A stretch of 64,000 nt of DNA from Candidatus Oxydemutator sp. (GCA_965203445.1 OZ241883.1:1888001-1952000), one strand, 5' to 3'; shown: positions 48,777 to 63,212, numbered from the stretch's first letter. Numbers and translations: made by a program. The notes: generated by a model not told the origin, from the sequence alone.

Positions 48777-49730
48777 GTGGAGCTTCTCTTCAACGACCTC
48801 TCGATCCATGGACAGTTTCACGACCTTGCGACCTTCGAGCAGGCGATTGGGCGCGTGATGTCCATTCGGGAACTGGCGCGTCGCTATGGACGGGAATTGC
48901 AGTGCCACCGCAACGTTGCTTCTGCATCCGTGATGAGTGATATGCCGATGCAGAAGGCGGTTCAGCGCCTGAGCAGGGACAAGTGTACTGCGCTGATGCT
49001 CTGGCTGACGCGCCACGGGCCTTTCTGGGAGGACGTTCGGCGACATGGTGGCGACGATTTGCTGGAATGCAATGGTGGCGTTGTCACGAACCACGCGCTC
49101 GGGGAGGCGGCTTATTGCCTTCTGCACGGCATTGACTGCCACGTCGTGAGTATGGAGCCGTCCGCGTGGCTGTCCTCGCCCCTGGAGGTGGATTGGCACG
49201 AGAATGAATCGGTGAAGAGCGTCGGTGTTCCCAACTATTGGAAAGTGAACAAGGTGCAGGCCACCCTCGACGAGGCTTCCGTGCCGCCTTCCACGTGGGA
49301 CGACGTGCAGCGGGAGGCAAAGCAGAAATACTTCAACCTGACGTTTCTGCCGGACAGTTTTGCGCCGTTGCAAGGACACCCCTTCGGCAAAAGCGCGGCC
49401 AGGAATTTGTTGCTGCGTCTGGCCGTTCTGCACGAGCTCAAAAATTGTTCTGACGAGCACGGCAATCGCACCGCCAAGGGGCACGAGTTATACCGGAAAC
49501 ATTTTACCGGTGACAACGCTTGGTTTTCCGACTCCTCGGACACCGAGAAGGCCACTTTCAGGAAGGAACTCACGTTTCCGCATCCGGAGATTGCCGGGGC
49601 TGCTTTGTTCTGCACGTGGCACGGCAAGGTACGGGCGCCTCAACTGCCGTTGCGCGTCCACTTCTCGACGCCAGGTGCCGACAAGCCGCTCTACGTGGCG
49701 TACGTCGGACCTAAGATCACCAAGAAGTAG
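48777..49730 (+). CDS. Putative effector, Menshen NsnC-like; possible RelE-like C-terminal domain
   Basis: 317-aa ORF coupled to the ATPase; C-terminal SDS, WHGK, RVHF, YVAYVG pattern. Confidence 0.6.
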   Translation: MELLFNDLSIHGQFHDLATFEQAIGRVMSIRELARRYGRELQCHRNVASASVMSDMPMQKAVQRLSRDKCTALMLWLTRHGPFWEDVRRHGGDDLLECNGGVVTNHALGEAAYCLLHGIDCHVVSMEPSAWLSSPLEVDWHENESVKSVGVPNYWKVNKVQATLDEASVPPSTWDDVQREAKQKYFNLTFLPDSFAPLQGHPFGKSAARNLLLRLAVLHELKNCSDEHGNRTAKGHELYRKHFTGDNAWFSDSSDTEKATFRKELTFPHPEIAGAALFCTWHGKVRAPQLPLRVHFSTPGADKPLYVAYVGPKITKK

Positions 49731-49731
49731 A

Positions 49732-49775
49732 AAGACGCACGCGCCGATCTTGTGTGATGTCCGCGCCGCCACATT
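49732..49775 (+). repeat. Right copy of 44-bp direct repeat; supplies the HAD start codon
   Basis: 41/44 identical to 46381-46424. Confidence 0.93.
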
Positions 49776-50686
49776 CGATGACGCCGCCGTTTTCGCAGAA
49801 CGTGATCGCGATGATCTGGGATTTCGACAAGACTTTGATTCCCGGAGACATGCAGCGCGTGTTGTTCGACGCCTACGGCGTGGACGAGGACGAGTTCTGG
49901 CGCGACGTCAACGCGCTGCCCGAACGCTATCGCGAGCGCGGTTGCGGGCAGGTGACGGTGGAGTTGTTGTATTTGAATCGGATACTCGACTACGTCGCCG
50001 CCGGCAGGTTTCCCGATTTATCGAACGAGCGGCTGGTGGAACTCGGACGCGGTATCGCGTTTTATCCCGGCTTGCCCGACTTTTTTGAGCGCGTCAAGAC
50101 GCTGCTCGAGGCCGAAAAATACCGGCGCCATGAATTGAAGATCGAACACTACGTCGTCAGCACCGGGCTCAAAAAACTGATCGAGGGCAGCGCGCTCGCC
50201 GCGCATCTCGACGGCATCTGGGGCTGCGAGTTTCTCGAGAGCGACGACGAGCCGCGCCGCATTGCGCGCATCGGCTACGTGCTAGACGATACCACCAAGA
50301 CGCGCGCGGTGTTCGAGATCAACAAGGGCGTCAACAAAAACGCGCGCATCAGCGTCAACGACTCGATAGGGCACGACAAGCGCCGCGTGCCGATTGCGCA
50401 GATGATCTATATCGCCGACGGTCCCAGCGACGTGCCGGTGTTCTCGGTCGTCAAGCGCGAAGGCGGCAAGACGTTCGGCGTGTTCAGCCCCGAGCGCCAC
50501 GACGTCGCGTGCCGCCTGTTGGAGCAGGAGCGCGTGCACGCGATCGCGCGCGCCGACTACCGGGCGGGCACCGACGCCTCGATGTGGCTCGAGCGCGCGC
50601 TCGCCCAGATCGCCGACCGCGTCATAGAGCGGCGCACCCGGTTGTTGGAGACCAGCGTCGGCCGAGCGCCGACCCACGCCGGCTGA
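49757..50686 (+). CDS. HAD-superfamily hydrolase
   Basis: Motif I WDFDKTL, motif II VSTG, KTR, motif IV ADGPSD. Confidence 0.88.
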   Translation: MSAPPHSMTPPFSQNVIAMIWDFDKTLIPGDMQRVLFDAYGVDEDEFWRDVNALPERYRERGCGQVTVELLYLNRILDYVAAGRFPDLSNERLVELGRGIAFYPGLPDFFERVKTLLEAEKYRRHELKIEHYVVSTGLKKLIEGSALAAHLDGIWGCEFLESDDEPRRIARIGYVLDDTTKTRAVFEINKGVNKNARISVNDSIGHDKRRVPIAQMIYIADGPSDVPVFSVVKREGGKTFGVFSPERHDVACRLLEQERVHAIARADYRAGTDASMWLERALAQIADRVIERRTRLLETSVGRAPTHAG

Positions 50687-50689
50687 GCC

Positions 50690-52963
50690 TTGGCGCGCCG
50701 CGTGAAAAAGAGCGCGCCGGAGACGGTGCGCCGGCGCGTCGAGCAGACTTCGATAGAGCGCTTCGCCGAGCGCGCCTACCTGAACTATTCGATGTACGTG
50801 ATCCTCGATCGCGCGCTGCCGTACCTGGGCGACGGCCTGAAGCCGGTACAGCGGCGCATCGTGTACGCGATGTCGGAACTCGGCCTGAATGCCGGCACCA
50901 AGCCGAAGAAATCGGCGCGCACGATAGGTGACGTCATCGGCAAATACCATCCGCACGGCGACGGTGCGAGTTACGAGGCAATGGTGCTGATGGCGCAGCC
51001 GTTCGCGTTTCGTTATCCGCTGGTCGAGGGGCAGGGCAACTGGGGATCGGCCGACGACCCGAAGTCGTTCGCCGCGATGCGCTACACCGAGTCGCGCCTG
51101 ACGCCGTATTGCGGCGCGTTGCTCGACGAACTCGACCAGGGCACCGTCGCCTGGCGCCCGAACTTCGACGGCACGTTGCAGGAACCGGAAATCCTGCCGG
51201 CGAAACTGCCGAACGTGCTGCTCAACGGCGCCTCCGGCATCGCCGTCGGCATGGCCACCGACGTCCCGCCGCACAACGCGCGCGAGGTCGTGGCCGCCTG
51301 CGTCAGGCTGTTGCAGAACTCGCGCACCGGCACCGACGAGCTGCTCGCGTGCGTGCGCGGGCCGGATTACCCGAGCGGCGGCGAGATCATCAACGCGCGC
51401 GATGAGATCCGCCGCATCTACGAGACCGGCGCCGGCATGATACGAGTGCGCGCGACCTACGAGATCGAGGGGCGCAACGTCGTCGTCACGTCGCTGCCGT
51501 TCCAGGTCGCGGGCGGGCGCGTCATGGCGCAGCTGTTCGCGCAAATGCAGGGCGACATGCGCGGCCTGATCAAGGACCTGCGCGACGAGTCCGACGAATC
51601 TCATCCGGTGCGCATCGTCATCGCGCCGCGCGCCCGCGACGTGCCGGCGCACGATCTGATGTCGTTTCTGTTCGCCGCCACCGACCTCGAGCGCGGTTAC
51701 CGCGTGAACCTGAACGTCATTGACGTGGACGGCAAGCCGCGCGTGATGAACCTGAAGGAGATGCTGCGGGCGTGGCTTGAGTTCAGGATGGAGACGGTGC
51801 GCCGCCGCCTGCAATGGCGGCTTGCGAAAGTCGAGGAGCGTCTCGAGATCCTGCGCGGGCTGCTGACGGTGCATTTGAACGCGGATGAGGTCGTGCGCAT
51901 CGTGCGCCGCGAGGAGCGCCCGGAAGAAGTCCTGAAGAGGCGTTTCGACCTGAGCGACAACCAGGCGCGCGCGATTTTGGACATGCGCCTGAGGCGGCTG
52001 AACCGGATAGAAAAGATCGAAATCGAGCGCGAACTCGGCGAACTCGACGCCGAGCGCGGCCAGCTCCGGGTGCGCCTGTCGTCGCCGCGCCGCCTGAAGA
52101 CGCTGGTCAAAAAGGAGTTGCAGCGCGCCGCCGAAATCTGGGGTGACGAGCGCCGCACGCGGCTGGTCGAACGCACCGGGGCCAGGGCCTACAAGCCGCG
52201 CGTGGCCGCCGCCTCCGAGCCGCGGACCGTGGTGCTGTCGCGGCAGGGCTGGGTGCGCGCGCTCGGTGGCCGCGACGTTGATCCGCGCGAGTTGGAATAC
52301 CGCGCCGGCGACGGCTTTCTCGACTGTGCCGAAGGCGAGTCCGGCGACACCGCGCTGTTCCTCGATTCCGCCGGGCGTTGCTACAGCCTGCCGGCGCATA
52401 CGTTGCCGTCGCGCGGGCGCAGCGAACCGTTGAGCAGTCGTTTCCGCGTCGCCGACGCCGCCGATTTTGTATGCGTGTTGAGCGGCGACGGCGGCGAACG
52501 CTGCCTCGTCGCAAGCAGTTTCGGTTACGGATTTGTGACGACGCTCGAGCAACTGTCGGCGCGCAGCCGCTCAGGCAAGCAGGTCATGAGCCTGCCCGCC
52601 GGCGCCGTCGCGCTCGGCGCGTTCAAGATGGCCGATCCGTCATCGTCGTACGTCCTGGTGCTCACGTCGGAGGGGTATCTGTTAGTGGTCGCAGCAGTCG
52701 AGATACCGGAACTTGCGAAAGGCAAGGGCAACAAGATCATCCAGATACCGCGCGAGCGCCTGCGCGAGCGGCGCGAGCACTTGGCGCACGCCGCCTGCAT
52801 GGGCGAGGGCGCCGTCGCCGAGTTGCACGCGGGCCGGCGCGTCAAGCGGTTCGGCTTCGATGAATTGCAGTATTATATCGGCGCCCGCGGTCGGCGCGGG
52901 CGCATGCTGCCGCGGCCGTGGCGCCGCCCCGACCGCGTTCGCATCATCGAGGAGAACCAATGA
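50690..52963 (+). CDS. parC: DNA topoisomerase IV subunit A
   Basis: [45 protein letters not shown]. Confidence 0.96.
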   Translation: MARRVKKSAPETVRRRVEQTSIERFAERAYLNYSMYVILDRALPYLGDGLKPVQRRIVYAMSELGLNAGTKPKKSARTIGDVIGKYHPHGDGASYEAMVLMAQPFAFRYPLVEGQGNWGSADDPKSFAAMRYTESRLTPYCGALLDELDQGTVAWRPNFDGTLQEPEILPAKLPNVLLNGASGIAVGMATDVPPHNAREVVAACVRLLQNSRTGTDELLACVRGPDYPSGGEIINARDEIRRIYETGAGMIRVRATYEIEGRNVVVTSLPFQVAGGRVMAQLFAQMQGDMRGLIKDLRDESDESHPVRIVIAPRARDVPAHDLMSFLFAATDLERGYRVNLNVIDVDGKPRVMNLKEMLRAWLEFRMETVRRRLQWRLAKVEERLEILRGLLTVHLNADEVVRIVRREERPEEVLKRRFDLSDNQARAILDMRLRRLNRIEKIEIERELGELDAERGQLRVRLSSPRRLKTLVKKELQRAAEIWGDERRTRLVERTGARAYKPRVAAASEPRTVVLSRQGWVRALGGRDVDPRELEYRAGDGFLDCAEGESGDTALFLDSAGRCYSLPAHTLPSRGRSEPLSSRFRVADAADFVCVLSGDGGERCLVASSFGYGFVTTLEQLSARSRSGKQVMSLPAGAVALGAFKMADPSSSYVLVLTSEGYLLVVAAVEIPELAKGKGNKIIQIPRERLRERREHLAHAACMGEGAVAELHAGRRVKRFGFDELQYYIGARGRRGRMLPRPWRRPDRVRIIEENQ

Positions 52964-53844
52964 GAATAGCCCTGTTTCTGGCGACCAACCTGGCGATAGT
53001 CTTCGTCCTCAACCTCACCCTGAGCGTGCTCGGCGTCGAGCATTGGCTGACGCAGACCGAGGCCGGCATCAACGTGACCGGCCTGCTGATCATCTCGGCG
53101 GCGTTCGGCATGATCGGTTCGCTGGTGTCGCTGGCGCTGTCGAAGTCCATGGCCAAGCGCTCGATGGGGGTGCGCGTGCTCACGCCAAAACGGGCGAATC
53201 CGACCGAGCACTGGCTGCTCGAGACCGTCGCGCGGCAGGCGCAACGGGCCGGCGTCGCGACGCCCGAGGTCGGCGTTTTTTCATCGCCGCAGCCAAACGC
53301 CTTCGCCACCGGCATGTTCCGCGACAAGGCGCTGGTCGCGGTCAGCGAGGGCCTGCTCGCGCAGATGGAGCGCGACGAGGTCGAGGCGGTGCTGGGGCAC
53401 GAGGTCAGCCACGTCGCCAACGGCGACATGGTTACCTTGGCCTTGATCCAGGGCGTCGTCAACACGTTCGTTATTTTCCTGTCGCGCCTGGTCGGACACG
53501 TGGTGGATCGCGCGGTGTTCAAATCGCGCGGCTTCGGCCCCGGCTATTTCGTCACCGTGATCATTACCCAGATAGTGCTGTCCATCTTTGCGACGATGAT
53601 CGTGATGTGGTTTTCGCGTCGCCGCGAGTTTCGCGCCGACTACGGCGGCGCGAAACTCGCCGGACGCGACAACATGATCGCCGCGCTGCGGCGGCTGCAA
53701 CGGGCGCATGCAAGCGAGGATCTGCCGGGCGAGATGGCCGCGTTCGGCATCTCCGGCGCCGTGTCCGGCGGCGTGCGCAGACTGTTGACGAGCCACCCGC
53801 CGCTTGCGCGGCGCATCGCCGCGCTCGAGCGCCTCGAGACCTAG
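52960..53844 (+). CDS. htpX: Zinc metalloprotease HtpX
   Basis: [35 protein letters not shown]. Confidence 0.96.
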   Translation: MRIALFLATNLAIVFVLNLTLSVLGVEHWLTQTEAGINVTGLLIISAAFGMIGSLVSLALSKSMAKRSMGVRVLTPKRANPTEHWLLETVARQAQRAGVATPEVGVFSSPQPNAFATGMFRDKALVAVSEGLLAQMERDEVEAVLGHEVSHVANGDMVTLALIQGVVNTFVIFLSRLVGHVVDRAVFKSRGFGPGYFVTVIITQIVLSIFATMIVMWFSRRREFRADYGGAKLAGRDNMIAALRRLQRAHASEDLPGEMAAFGISGAVSGGVRRLLTSHPPLARRIAALERLET

Positions 53845-53860
53845 CCTGCCGCGGAAACAG

Positions 53861-55345
53861 GTGAACGTAAAGCTGACGGCGCTGGTCGCCGGCCCGCTGG
53901 CGGCGGCGTTCGCGTACTGGTGGCTGCCTGACGCCTATACCGACGTCGAGGGCGTGCGGCGGGCGTTTTCGTCGCAAAGCAAGGCCGTGATCGCGGTGCT
54001 GCTGTGGATGGCGATCTGGTGGTTTCTCGAGGCGGTGCACGTCGCGGCCACCGGGCTGCTGCCGCTGGTGTTGTTTCCGTTGTTCTCGATACTCGAGATG
54101 CAGCCGACCGCCAACGCCTATGCGTCGAGCGTGATCTTCCTGCTGCTCGGCGGCTTCATCATCGGCCTCTCGATGCAGCGCTGGGGACTGGACAAGCGCG
54201 TCGCGCTGATGATCCTGGCGCGCGTCGGCGACAGGCCGGGACGCTTGGTGCTGGGTTTCATGCTGATCAGCGGCGTGCTCAGCGCGTTCATCTCGAACAC
54301 CGCGACCACCGCGATGCTGCTGCCGATCGCGATCAACGTCGTCGCTTTGCTCGATCACGAGCACGAGGAGGGCGCCGACACCCGCAAATTCGCGTTGTGT
54401 GTGATGCTCGGCGTCGCCTACGCGGCCAGCCTCGGCGGCATCACGACGATCATCGGCACCGCGCCCAATGCGTTCGCCTCGGCCTTCCTGGACGACACGT
54501 TGGGGCGCGCGATCGGTTTCGCCGACTGGAGCTTCATTGCGTTGCCGGTAACCGTCGTGATGCTGCCGTTGACGTGGTTGCTGTTGACGCGCGTGATCTA
54601 CCGGCTGCCGGCGACGCCGATTGCGCGCAGCCGCGAGATGCTGGAGCAGGAGTTGCGCGAGTTGCCTCGGATCGAGCGCGGCGGCTGGATCACGCTGTCG
54701 GTATTCGCGCTGACGGTGGTGCTGTGGATGACGAGGCCGCTGTTGCAGGACCTCGAGATAACGCTCGCCTCCGGCGCCGTCAGGCCGCTCGCCGGGCTGT
54801 CCGACGCCGGCATCGCGATGCTCGCGGCGGTGCTGCTGTTCGTGCTGCCGGCGGGGCGGCGGCGCATGACGATGGACTGGGAGACCGCCAGGCGCCTGCC
54901 GTGGGAGATCGTGCTGCTGTTCGGTGGCGGCGTCGCGCTCGCGCGCGGTATCAAGGCCAGCGGCGTGGATTCGATTCTCGGCGCGCAAGCCTCGGCGCTC
55001 GCCGGGCTGCCGGAGTTCGTGATCATCGCCTCGGTCGTCGCGCTGGTCGTGTTCCTGACCGAGTTCACGTCGAACACCGCGACGACGACCGCGCTGGTGC
55101 CGATCTTCGCCGCGCTCGCCGCGGCCCTGGGGCTCGATCCGGTTCCGGTTACACTGGCGACCGCGATGGCGGCGAGCTGCGCTTTTATGATGCCGGTGGC
55201 AACGCCGCCGAACGCGATCGTGTTTGGTTCCGGCTACATCCGCATCCACGAGATGATCAGGGCCGGTTTCGCGCTGAATCTCGTGGTCATTCCGATCATT
55301 GCGCTGATCGTGTATTTCTGGATAGGGCGGGTGCTGGGTTCTTAG
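53861..55345 (+). CDS. DASS/SLC13 sodium-coupled anion symporter
   Basis: Two SNT motifs, GTAPN, FMMPVATPPNA; many TM helices. Confidence 0.92.
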   Translation: MNVKLTALVAGPLAAAFAYWWLPDAYTDVEGVRRAFSSQSKAVIAVLLWMAIWWFLEAVHVAATGLLPLVLFPLFSILEMQPTANAYASSVIFLLLGGFIIGLSMQRWGLDKRVALMILARVGDRPGRLVLGFMLISGVLSAFISNTATTAMLLPIAINVVALLDHEHEEGADTRKFALCVMLGVAYAASLGGITTIIGTAPNAFASAFLDDTLGRAIGFADWSFIALPVTVVMLPLTWLLLTRVIYRLPATPIARSREMLEQELRELPRIERGGWITLSVFALTVVLWMTRPLLQDLEITLASGAVRPLAGLSDAGIAMLAAVLLFVLPAGRRRMTMDWETARRLPWEIVLLFGGGVALARGIKASGVDSILGAQASALAGLPEFVIIASVVALVVFLTEFTSNTATTTALVPIFAALAAALGLDPVPVTLATAMAASCAFMMPVATPPNAIVFGSGYIRIHEMIRAGFALNLVVIPIIALIVYFWIGRVLGS

Positions 55346-55355
55346 GGTTGCGCGT

Positions 55356-56330
55356 TCAGGCGAGTACGCTCTTGGCTTGTGCACCGGCCGTCTCGCGAAC
55401 CAATTTCGGCACCAGGTAGCCGGGCAGGCGGGCGCCCAACTCGCGCATCAGCACGCGCGCCGTAGCCTCGGTCACCTCGAAATGGGCGGCGCCGCGCACG
55501 CGGTCCAGCAGGTGCAGATAGTACGGCAATACGCCGGCGTCGAAGCAGCGCAGGCACAGTCGCGCCAGTACTTCGGCGCCGTCGTTGACGCCGCGCAGCA
55601 GCACCGCCTGGTTCAGCAGCGTCCAGTGCCGCATCCGGTGCAGCGCGGAGCGCACCTCGTCGTTGATCTCGTTCGGATGGTTGGCGTGGATCACGAGTAT
55701 GTACGGCTTCGCGCGCCGTCTCGACCAGGCGATCAGCGCGTCGTCGAGGCGCGCCGGTTCCGCCACCGGCAGCCGCGTGTGTATGCGCACGCGCGCGACG
55801 TGGGGCACCGCCTCCAGGCGTTCGCACAGATCGAACAGCTTATGGTTCGCAAGCGTCAGCGGGTCGCCGCCGCTTACGATGACTTCCTCGACGTCCGGAT
55901 GGTTTTCGATGTACGCGACGGCCGCCCGTAAGCGCCTCGCGCCGCCGTGCTCGCGGTACGGAAAATGGCGGCGGAAGCAGTAGCGGCAGTGGATCGCGCA
56001 GGCGCCGGTCGCAATCAGCAGCACGCGGTGGCGGTACTTGCGGAGGATACCGCCGGCGGCGACGGCCTCGGCGTCTCCGGTCGGGTCGTCGCAGAAGCCG
56101 CCGGCTTCGGCGCGCTCGGCCAAAGACGGCAGCACCTGCCGCAGCAGCGGGTCGTCGGCGTCGCCCGGGGCCATCCGGGCGAGCCACGAGCGCGGCACCT
56201 TGAGCGGGAATTCGGGGCAGCTTTCGAGTATCCCGGCGCGCGTCCGGTGCTTCGGGAGACGCAGCGAAGAACACAATTCTTCGGCGTCCGTGACGGCGCC
56301 TCCCGGCTGGGGCAGTCGGCTTGTGTCCAT
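55356..56330 (-). CDS. epmB: EF-P lysine 2,3-aminomutase (radical SAM)
   Basis: DPLLRQVLP, CAIHCRYCFRR, SGGDPL, YYLH, GYLVP; divergent from efp. Confidence 0.95.
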   Translation of the reverse strand: MDTSRLPQPGGAVTDAEELCSSLRLPKHRTRAGILESCPEFPLKVPRSWLARMAPGDADDPLLRQVLPSLAERAEAGGFCDDPTGDAEAVAAGGILRKYRHRVLLIATGACAIHCRYCFRRHFPYREHGGARRLRAAVAYIENHPDVEEVIVSGGDPLTLANHKLFDLCERLEAVPHVARVRIHTRLPVAEPARLDDALIAWSRRRAKPYILVIHANHPNEINDEVRSALHRMRHWTLLNQAVLLRGVNDGAEVLARLCLRCFDAGVLPYYLHLLDRVRGAAHFEVTEATARVLMRELGARLPGYLVPKLVRETAGAQAKSVLA

Positions 56331-56412
56331 CGGCAATGACGTTCGGAATCCGGGCTGATCAAGACCCGCGGCAGGGTGAAAACCGCGTATGCGACCCTAT
56401 AATAGCGGCACC

Positions 56413-56982
56413 GTGGCAAAGTATAGCACCAACGAATTCCGAGGCGGCCTCAAGATCCTGCTCGACGGCGAGCCGTATGCGATCGTCGAAAACGAGTTCG
56501 TGAAGCCGGGCAAAGGGCAGGCGTTCAACCGCGTCAAGCTCAGGAACCTGCTGAATGGCCGCATCACGGACAAGACCTTCAAGTCGGGCGAGACCGTCGA
56601 GGCCGCCGACGTGATGGAGATCGAGCTGGGCTATCTGTATACCGACGGCACGCAGTGGCACTTCATGGACGCCGCCGGCTACGAGCAGTACGCCGCCGAC
56701 GGCCCGGCGATGGCCGAGGCGCGGCAATGGATCCGCGAGCAGGACGTGTGCACGGTGACGCTCTACGACGGGCGCCCGATCATGGTGGCGCCGCCGAACT
56801 TCGTCGAGCTCAAGGTTGTCGACACCGACCCGGGCGTGCGCGGCGACACCGCCAGCGGCGGCGTCAAGCCCGCGAAGCTGGAGACCGGCGCGGTGGTCAA
56901 GGTGCCGTTGTTCGTCGAGCAGGGCGAGGTGCTGAGGATAGACACCCGCAGCGGCGAATACGTCGGCCGGGTAAAGTCATAG
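56413..56982 (+). CDS. efp: Elongation factor P
   Basis: [27 protein letters not shown]; GTG start. Confidence 0.98.
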   Translation: MAKYSTNEFRGGLKILLDGEPYAIVENEFVKPGKGQAFNRVKLRNLLNGRITDKTFKSGETVEAADVMEIELGYLYTDGTQWHFMDAAGYEQYAADGPAMAEARQWIREQDVCTVTLYDGRPIMVAPPNFVELKVVDTDPGVRGDTASGGVKPAKLETGAVVKVPLFVEQGEVLRIDTRSGEYVGRVKS

Positions 56983-57012
56983 CATGCCCGCGGGCGGTCA
57001 TTCATCGGAGCC

Positions 57013-57936
57013 TTGACCGGAAGCGGCGAGACTACGGCGCGCCTGCGCGCCCGCGCGGCGGCGATGGAGGCGGTGCGTGCTTTTTTTGCCGAGCGCGAGG
57101 TGCTCGAGGTCACGACCCCGTGCGTTATCGGCGCGCCGACGTGCGAGCCGGACGTTGCCGGCGTGCGCTGCGAGGACGGCTGGCTCAGGAGCTCGCCCGA
57201 GTTCGAGATGAAGCGGCTGCTGGCCGCCGGCAGCGGCGACGTGTGGCAGATGGGGCCGGCCTTTCGCGGCGGCGAGCGTGGCGCGCGCCATCGGCCCGAG
57301 TTCACGCTGATCGAGTGGTATCGCGTCGGCTGGGACTACCGGCGGCTGCTGGACGAGACCGCCGAATTGTTGTCGTGCCTGCTGCGTCCGCACGTGGCGC
57401 TCGCCGACTGCGTGCTGCTGCCGTACCGCGACGCCTTCATCGAAAGCTTCGGTGTTGATCCTTTCGGCGACGAGCGCCACGTGTGCACCGCGGCCGCGCG
57501 GCACGGGTGCGAGGGGTGCGACGCCGCCGCCGCGCTGGACTTCCTGCTCACGGTGCTGGCGGCCGAGCACCTTCCGCGCGACCGCCTCGTCGCGCTGCAT
57601 GATTTTCCGCCGCGACGGGCGGCGTATGCGCGCGTTGCGAACGAAGGTCGCGCAACCGCCCATGCACGGCGCTTTGAGATCTTCTACCGCGGCATCGAAC
57701 TGGCCGACGGCGCGCAGGAATGGACCGAGGCCGCCGACTACCGCGCGTGCTTCGCCGCCGACCGCACGCTGCGAGCGCTTCGAGGGATGCCGGTCACCGC
57801 GCCGGATGAGGCTTTCTTGTCCGCGCTCGAGCGGCGCGCCTTGCCGGAATGTGCCGGGGTCGCGGTCGGTTTCGAGCGTCTGCTGATGTGCATGAGCGGC
57901 GCCGAGGACATCGGGGAAGTTCTGGTCCTGCGGTAA
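57013..57936 (+). CDS. epmA: EF-P lysyltransferase (LysRS paralogue)
   Basis: LEVTTP, SPEFEMKRLLAAG, H.PEFT.IEWY, GVAVGFERL; downstream of efp. Confidence 0.9.
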   Translation: MTGSGETTARLRARAAAMEAVRAFFAEREVLEVTTPCVIGAPTCEPDVAGVRCEDGWLRSSPEFEMKRLLAAGSGDVWQMGPAFRGGERGARHRPEFTLIEWYRVGWDYRRLLDETAELLSCLLRPHVALADCVLLPYRDAFIESFGVDPFGDERHVCTAAARHGCEGCDAAAALDFLLTVLAAEHLPRDRLVALHDFPPRRAAYARVANEGRATAHARRFEIFYRGIELADGAQEWTEAADYRACFAADRTLRALRGMPVTAPDEAFLSALERRALPECAGVAVGFERLLMCMSGAEDIGEVLVLR

Positions 57937-58021
57937 CCTGCTGCGCCGCGACGATGGGTGCAGGCGTGCGCGAGGCAGGCAGTGCGCCTCCTGTGGCCCG
58001 CGACTGCCGCCCTCGAGTCGC

Positions 58022-58046
58022 TCATTACCCGCTTTCGCGGGAATGA
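58022..58046. repeat. REP-like palindrome
   Basis: TCATTACCCGCTTTCGCGGGAATGA; 17-bp core recurs at 62577-62593. Confidence 0.65.
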
Positions 58047-58112
58047 AGGACCTGAGGGCGGATTAAAGTATAATCACCCGGTCTGAACCGCTCCTTGTTT
58101 CCCGTTTCTTCG

Positions 58113-59294
58113 ATGACGAAATCCGCGTTTTTGCTGCTGGAAGACGGCACTCTGTTCGAGGGGCGCTCCATCGGCGATTCCGGATGCAGCGTCGGCGAGG
58201 TTGTGTTCAACACCGCGATGACGGGCTACCAGGAGATCCTGAGCGACCCCTCCTATGCACGCCAGATTGTCGCGTTGACCTGTCCGCACGTCGGCAATAC
58301 CGGCGTCAACGACGAGGATCAGGAAGCGGATCCGGTGCACGCCTCGGGCCTGATCGTGCGCGACTTGCCCGCGCGCGCGAGCAACTGGCGCAGCCAGGGC
58401 GAACTCGGGGAGTACCTGCGCCGCCGCGGCGTCGTCGCCGCCTGCGACGTGGATACGAGGCGTCTGACGCGCCACCTGCGGAGTTTCGGCGCCGCCAACG
58501 GCGTATTGTTCGATCAGGACGTGCCGCGCGCCGAGGCCGAGGCGGCGCTCGCCGGTTTCGCCGGCTTGCAAGGCATGGACCTGGCGAGGGTCGTGACCAC
58601 CGCGCGCGCGTACACCTGGGAACGGGGCTCGTGGCACTGGGGCGACGAGACCACCGAGGCCGCCCCTGAGGCGGGCAAGGCGCGCTATTCGGTCGTCGCC
58701 TACGACTTCGGCGTCAAGCGCAACATCCTGCGCATGTTGCGCCGCCAACGCTGCCGCGTCGAAGTCGTGCCGGCGACGACGTCGGCGACCCGGGTGCTCG
58801 CGCGCGCTCCGCACGGCGTGTTTCTGTCGAACGGGCCGGGCGATCCCGGGCCTTGCGACTACGCGATCGAGGCGATCCGCGAATTGCTCGACGCAAACGT
58901 GCCGCTGTTCGGCATCTGCCTCGGCCATCAGTTGCTGGCATTGGCCTGCGGGGCGCGCACCGAGAAGATGAAGTTCGGCCATCACGGGGCCAACCACCCG
59001 GTGCAGGAACTCGCCAGCGGGAAAGTGCTGATAACCAGCCAGAACCACGGTTTCTGCGTCGCCGAGGCGGGGCTGCCCGCGTGTCTGCGGGTGACGCACC
59101 GCTCGCTGTTCGACGGCACGTTGCAAGGGATACGCCACGTCGAGAAACCGGCGTTCGGCTTTCAGGGGCATCCCGAGGCAAGCCCCGGGCCGCACGACGT
59201 CTCCGGCCTGTTCGCGCGCTTTGCCGCGTTGATGGAACGATCCGAGGCGCGCCGCGCCGCCGGACGAGGGTCGGCCGCGCCCGGCGCGGCCTGA
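58113..59294 (+). CDS. carA: Carbamoyl-phosphate synthase small subunit
   Basis: [38 protein letters not shown]. Confidence 0.98.
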   Translation: MTKSAFLLLEDGTLFEGRSIGDSGCSVGEVVFNTAMTGYQEILSDPSYARQIVALTCPHVGNTGVNDEDQEADPVHASGLIVRDLPARASNWRSQGELGEYLRRRGVVAACDVDTRRLTRHLRSFGAANGVLFDQDVPRAEAEAALAGFAGLQGMDLARVVTTARAYTWERGSWHWGDETTEAAPEAGKARYSVVAYDFGVKRNILRMLRRQRCRVEVVPATTSATRVLARAPHGVFLSNGPGDPGPCDYAIEAIRELLDANVPLFGICLGHQLLALACGARTEKMKFGHHGANHPVQELASGKVLITSQNHGFCVAEAGLPACLRVTHRSLFDGTLQGIRHVEKPAFGFQGHPEASPGPHDVSGLFARFAALMERSEARRAAGRGSAAPGAA

Positions 59295-59297
59295 GCG

Positions 59298-62540
<3,243 letters not shown>

Positions 62541-62576
62541 GTCCGTCGCCGTCAGCGCCCCCCGGGCCGGTGCTTT

Positions 62577-62593
62577 CCGCTTTCGCGGGAATG
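62577..62593. repeat. REP-like palindrome, second copy
   Basis: CCGCTTTCGCGGGAATG identical to 58029-58045. Confidence 0.6.
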
Positions 62594-62725
62594 GCGCACC
62601 GGAAGGGGCGCGGCGCGGCGGGGCAAGATGGGGAGCAGCACCGAGAAATCAGGGCGTGCGAACTGACGCGCTCTCTTTCTTATATAATGAGCGTTCGCGG
62701 CGCGCGCGACGGCGCGCACGTTACG

Positions 62726-63202
62726 ATGCAGAAGCGGACTCCTATCACCAGGCAGGGCGCGGACAAGTTGCGCGCTGAGTTGCAGCGCCTGAAGAACGAC
62801 GAGCGCCCGCGGGTGACCGCGGCCATCGCCGCCGCGCGCGAGCACGGCGATTTGAAGGAGAACGCCGAGTATCACGCCGCACGCGAGCGCCAGAGCCTGA
62901 TCGAGGGCCGTATCAAGGAGGTAGAGGCGTATCTGTCCGACTGCGAGGTGATAGACGTGGCGGCGCTGCGGCCCGACGGACGAATCGTGTTCGGCGCCAC
63001 CGTCGTGCTCTACGACGAGGAGCAGGATGCGCGCCTGACCTGCCGCATCGTCGGCGAACCGGAGGCCGACATCAAGAAGAATCTGGTCTCGGTCACGTCG
63101 CCGATTGCGCGCGCGCTGATCGGCAAGAGCGAGGGCGACGTCGCGGTGGTCAGTGCGCCGGGCGGCGAGAAGGCCTACGAGATAGAAAAGATATCCTATT
63201 GA
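62726..63202 (+). CDS. greA: Transcription elongation factor GreA
   Basis: [26 protein letters not shown]; 158 aa; follows carB. Confidence 0.97.
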   Translation: MQKRTPITRQGADKLRAELQRLKNDERPRVTAAIAAAREHGDLKENAEYHAARERQSLIEGRIKEVEAYLSDCEVIDVAALRPDGRIVFGATVVLYDEEQDARLTCRIVGEPEADIKKNLVSVTSPIARALIGKSEGDVAVVSAPGGEKAYEIEKISY

Positions 63203-63212
63203 CGCACCGCCT

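Larger units (their letters stand above)
46425..49731 (+). mobile_element. Three-gene defence island bounded by direct repeats; no integrase
   Basis: Flanking 44-bp repeats, lower GC and different codon use than parE/parC. Confidence 0.75.

Noticed and set aside
62570-62725. N-terminal extension of GreA, and similar extensions in the ORF track for rpsL, rplW, rplN, rplE, rpsN, rpmD and rpmJ
   Set aside because: Upstream in-frame starts are ORF-caller artefacts; downstream starts give canonical lengths.
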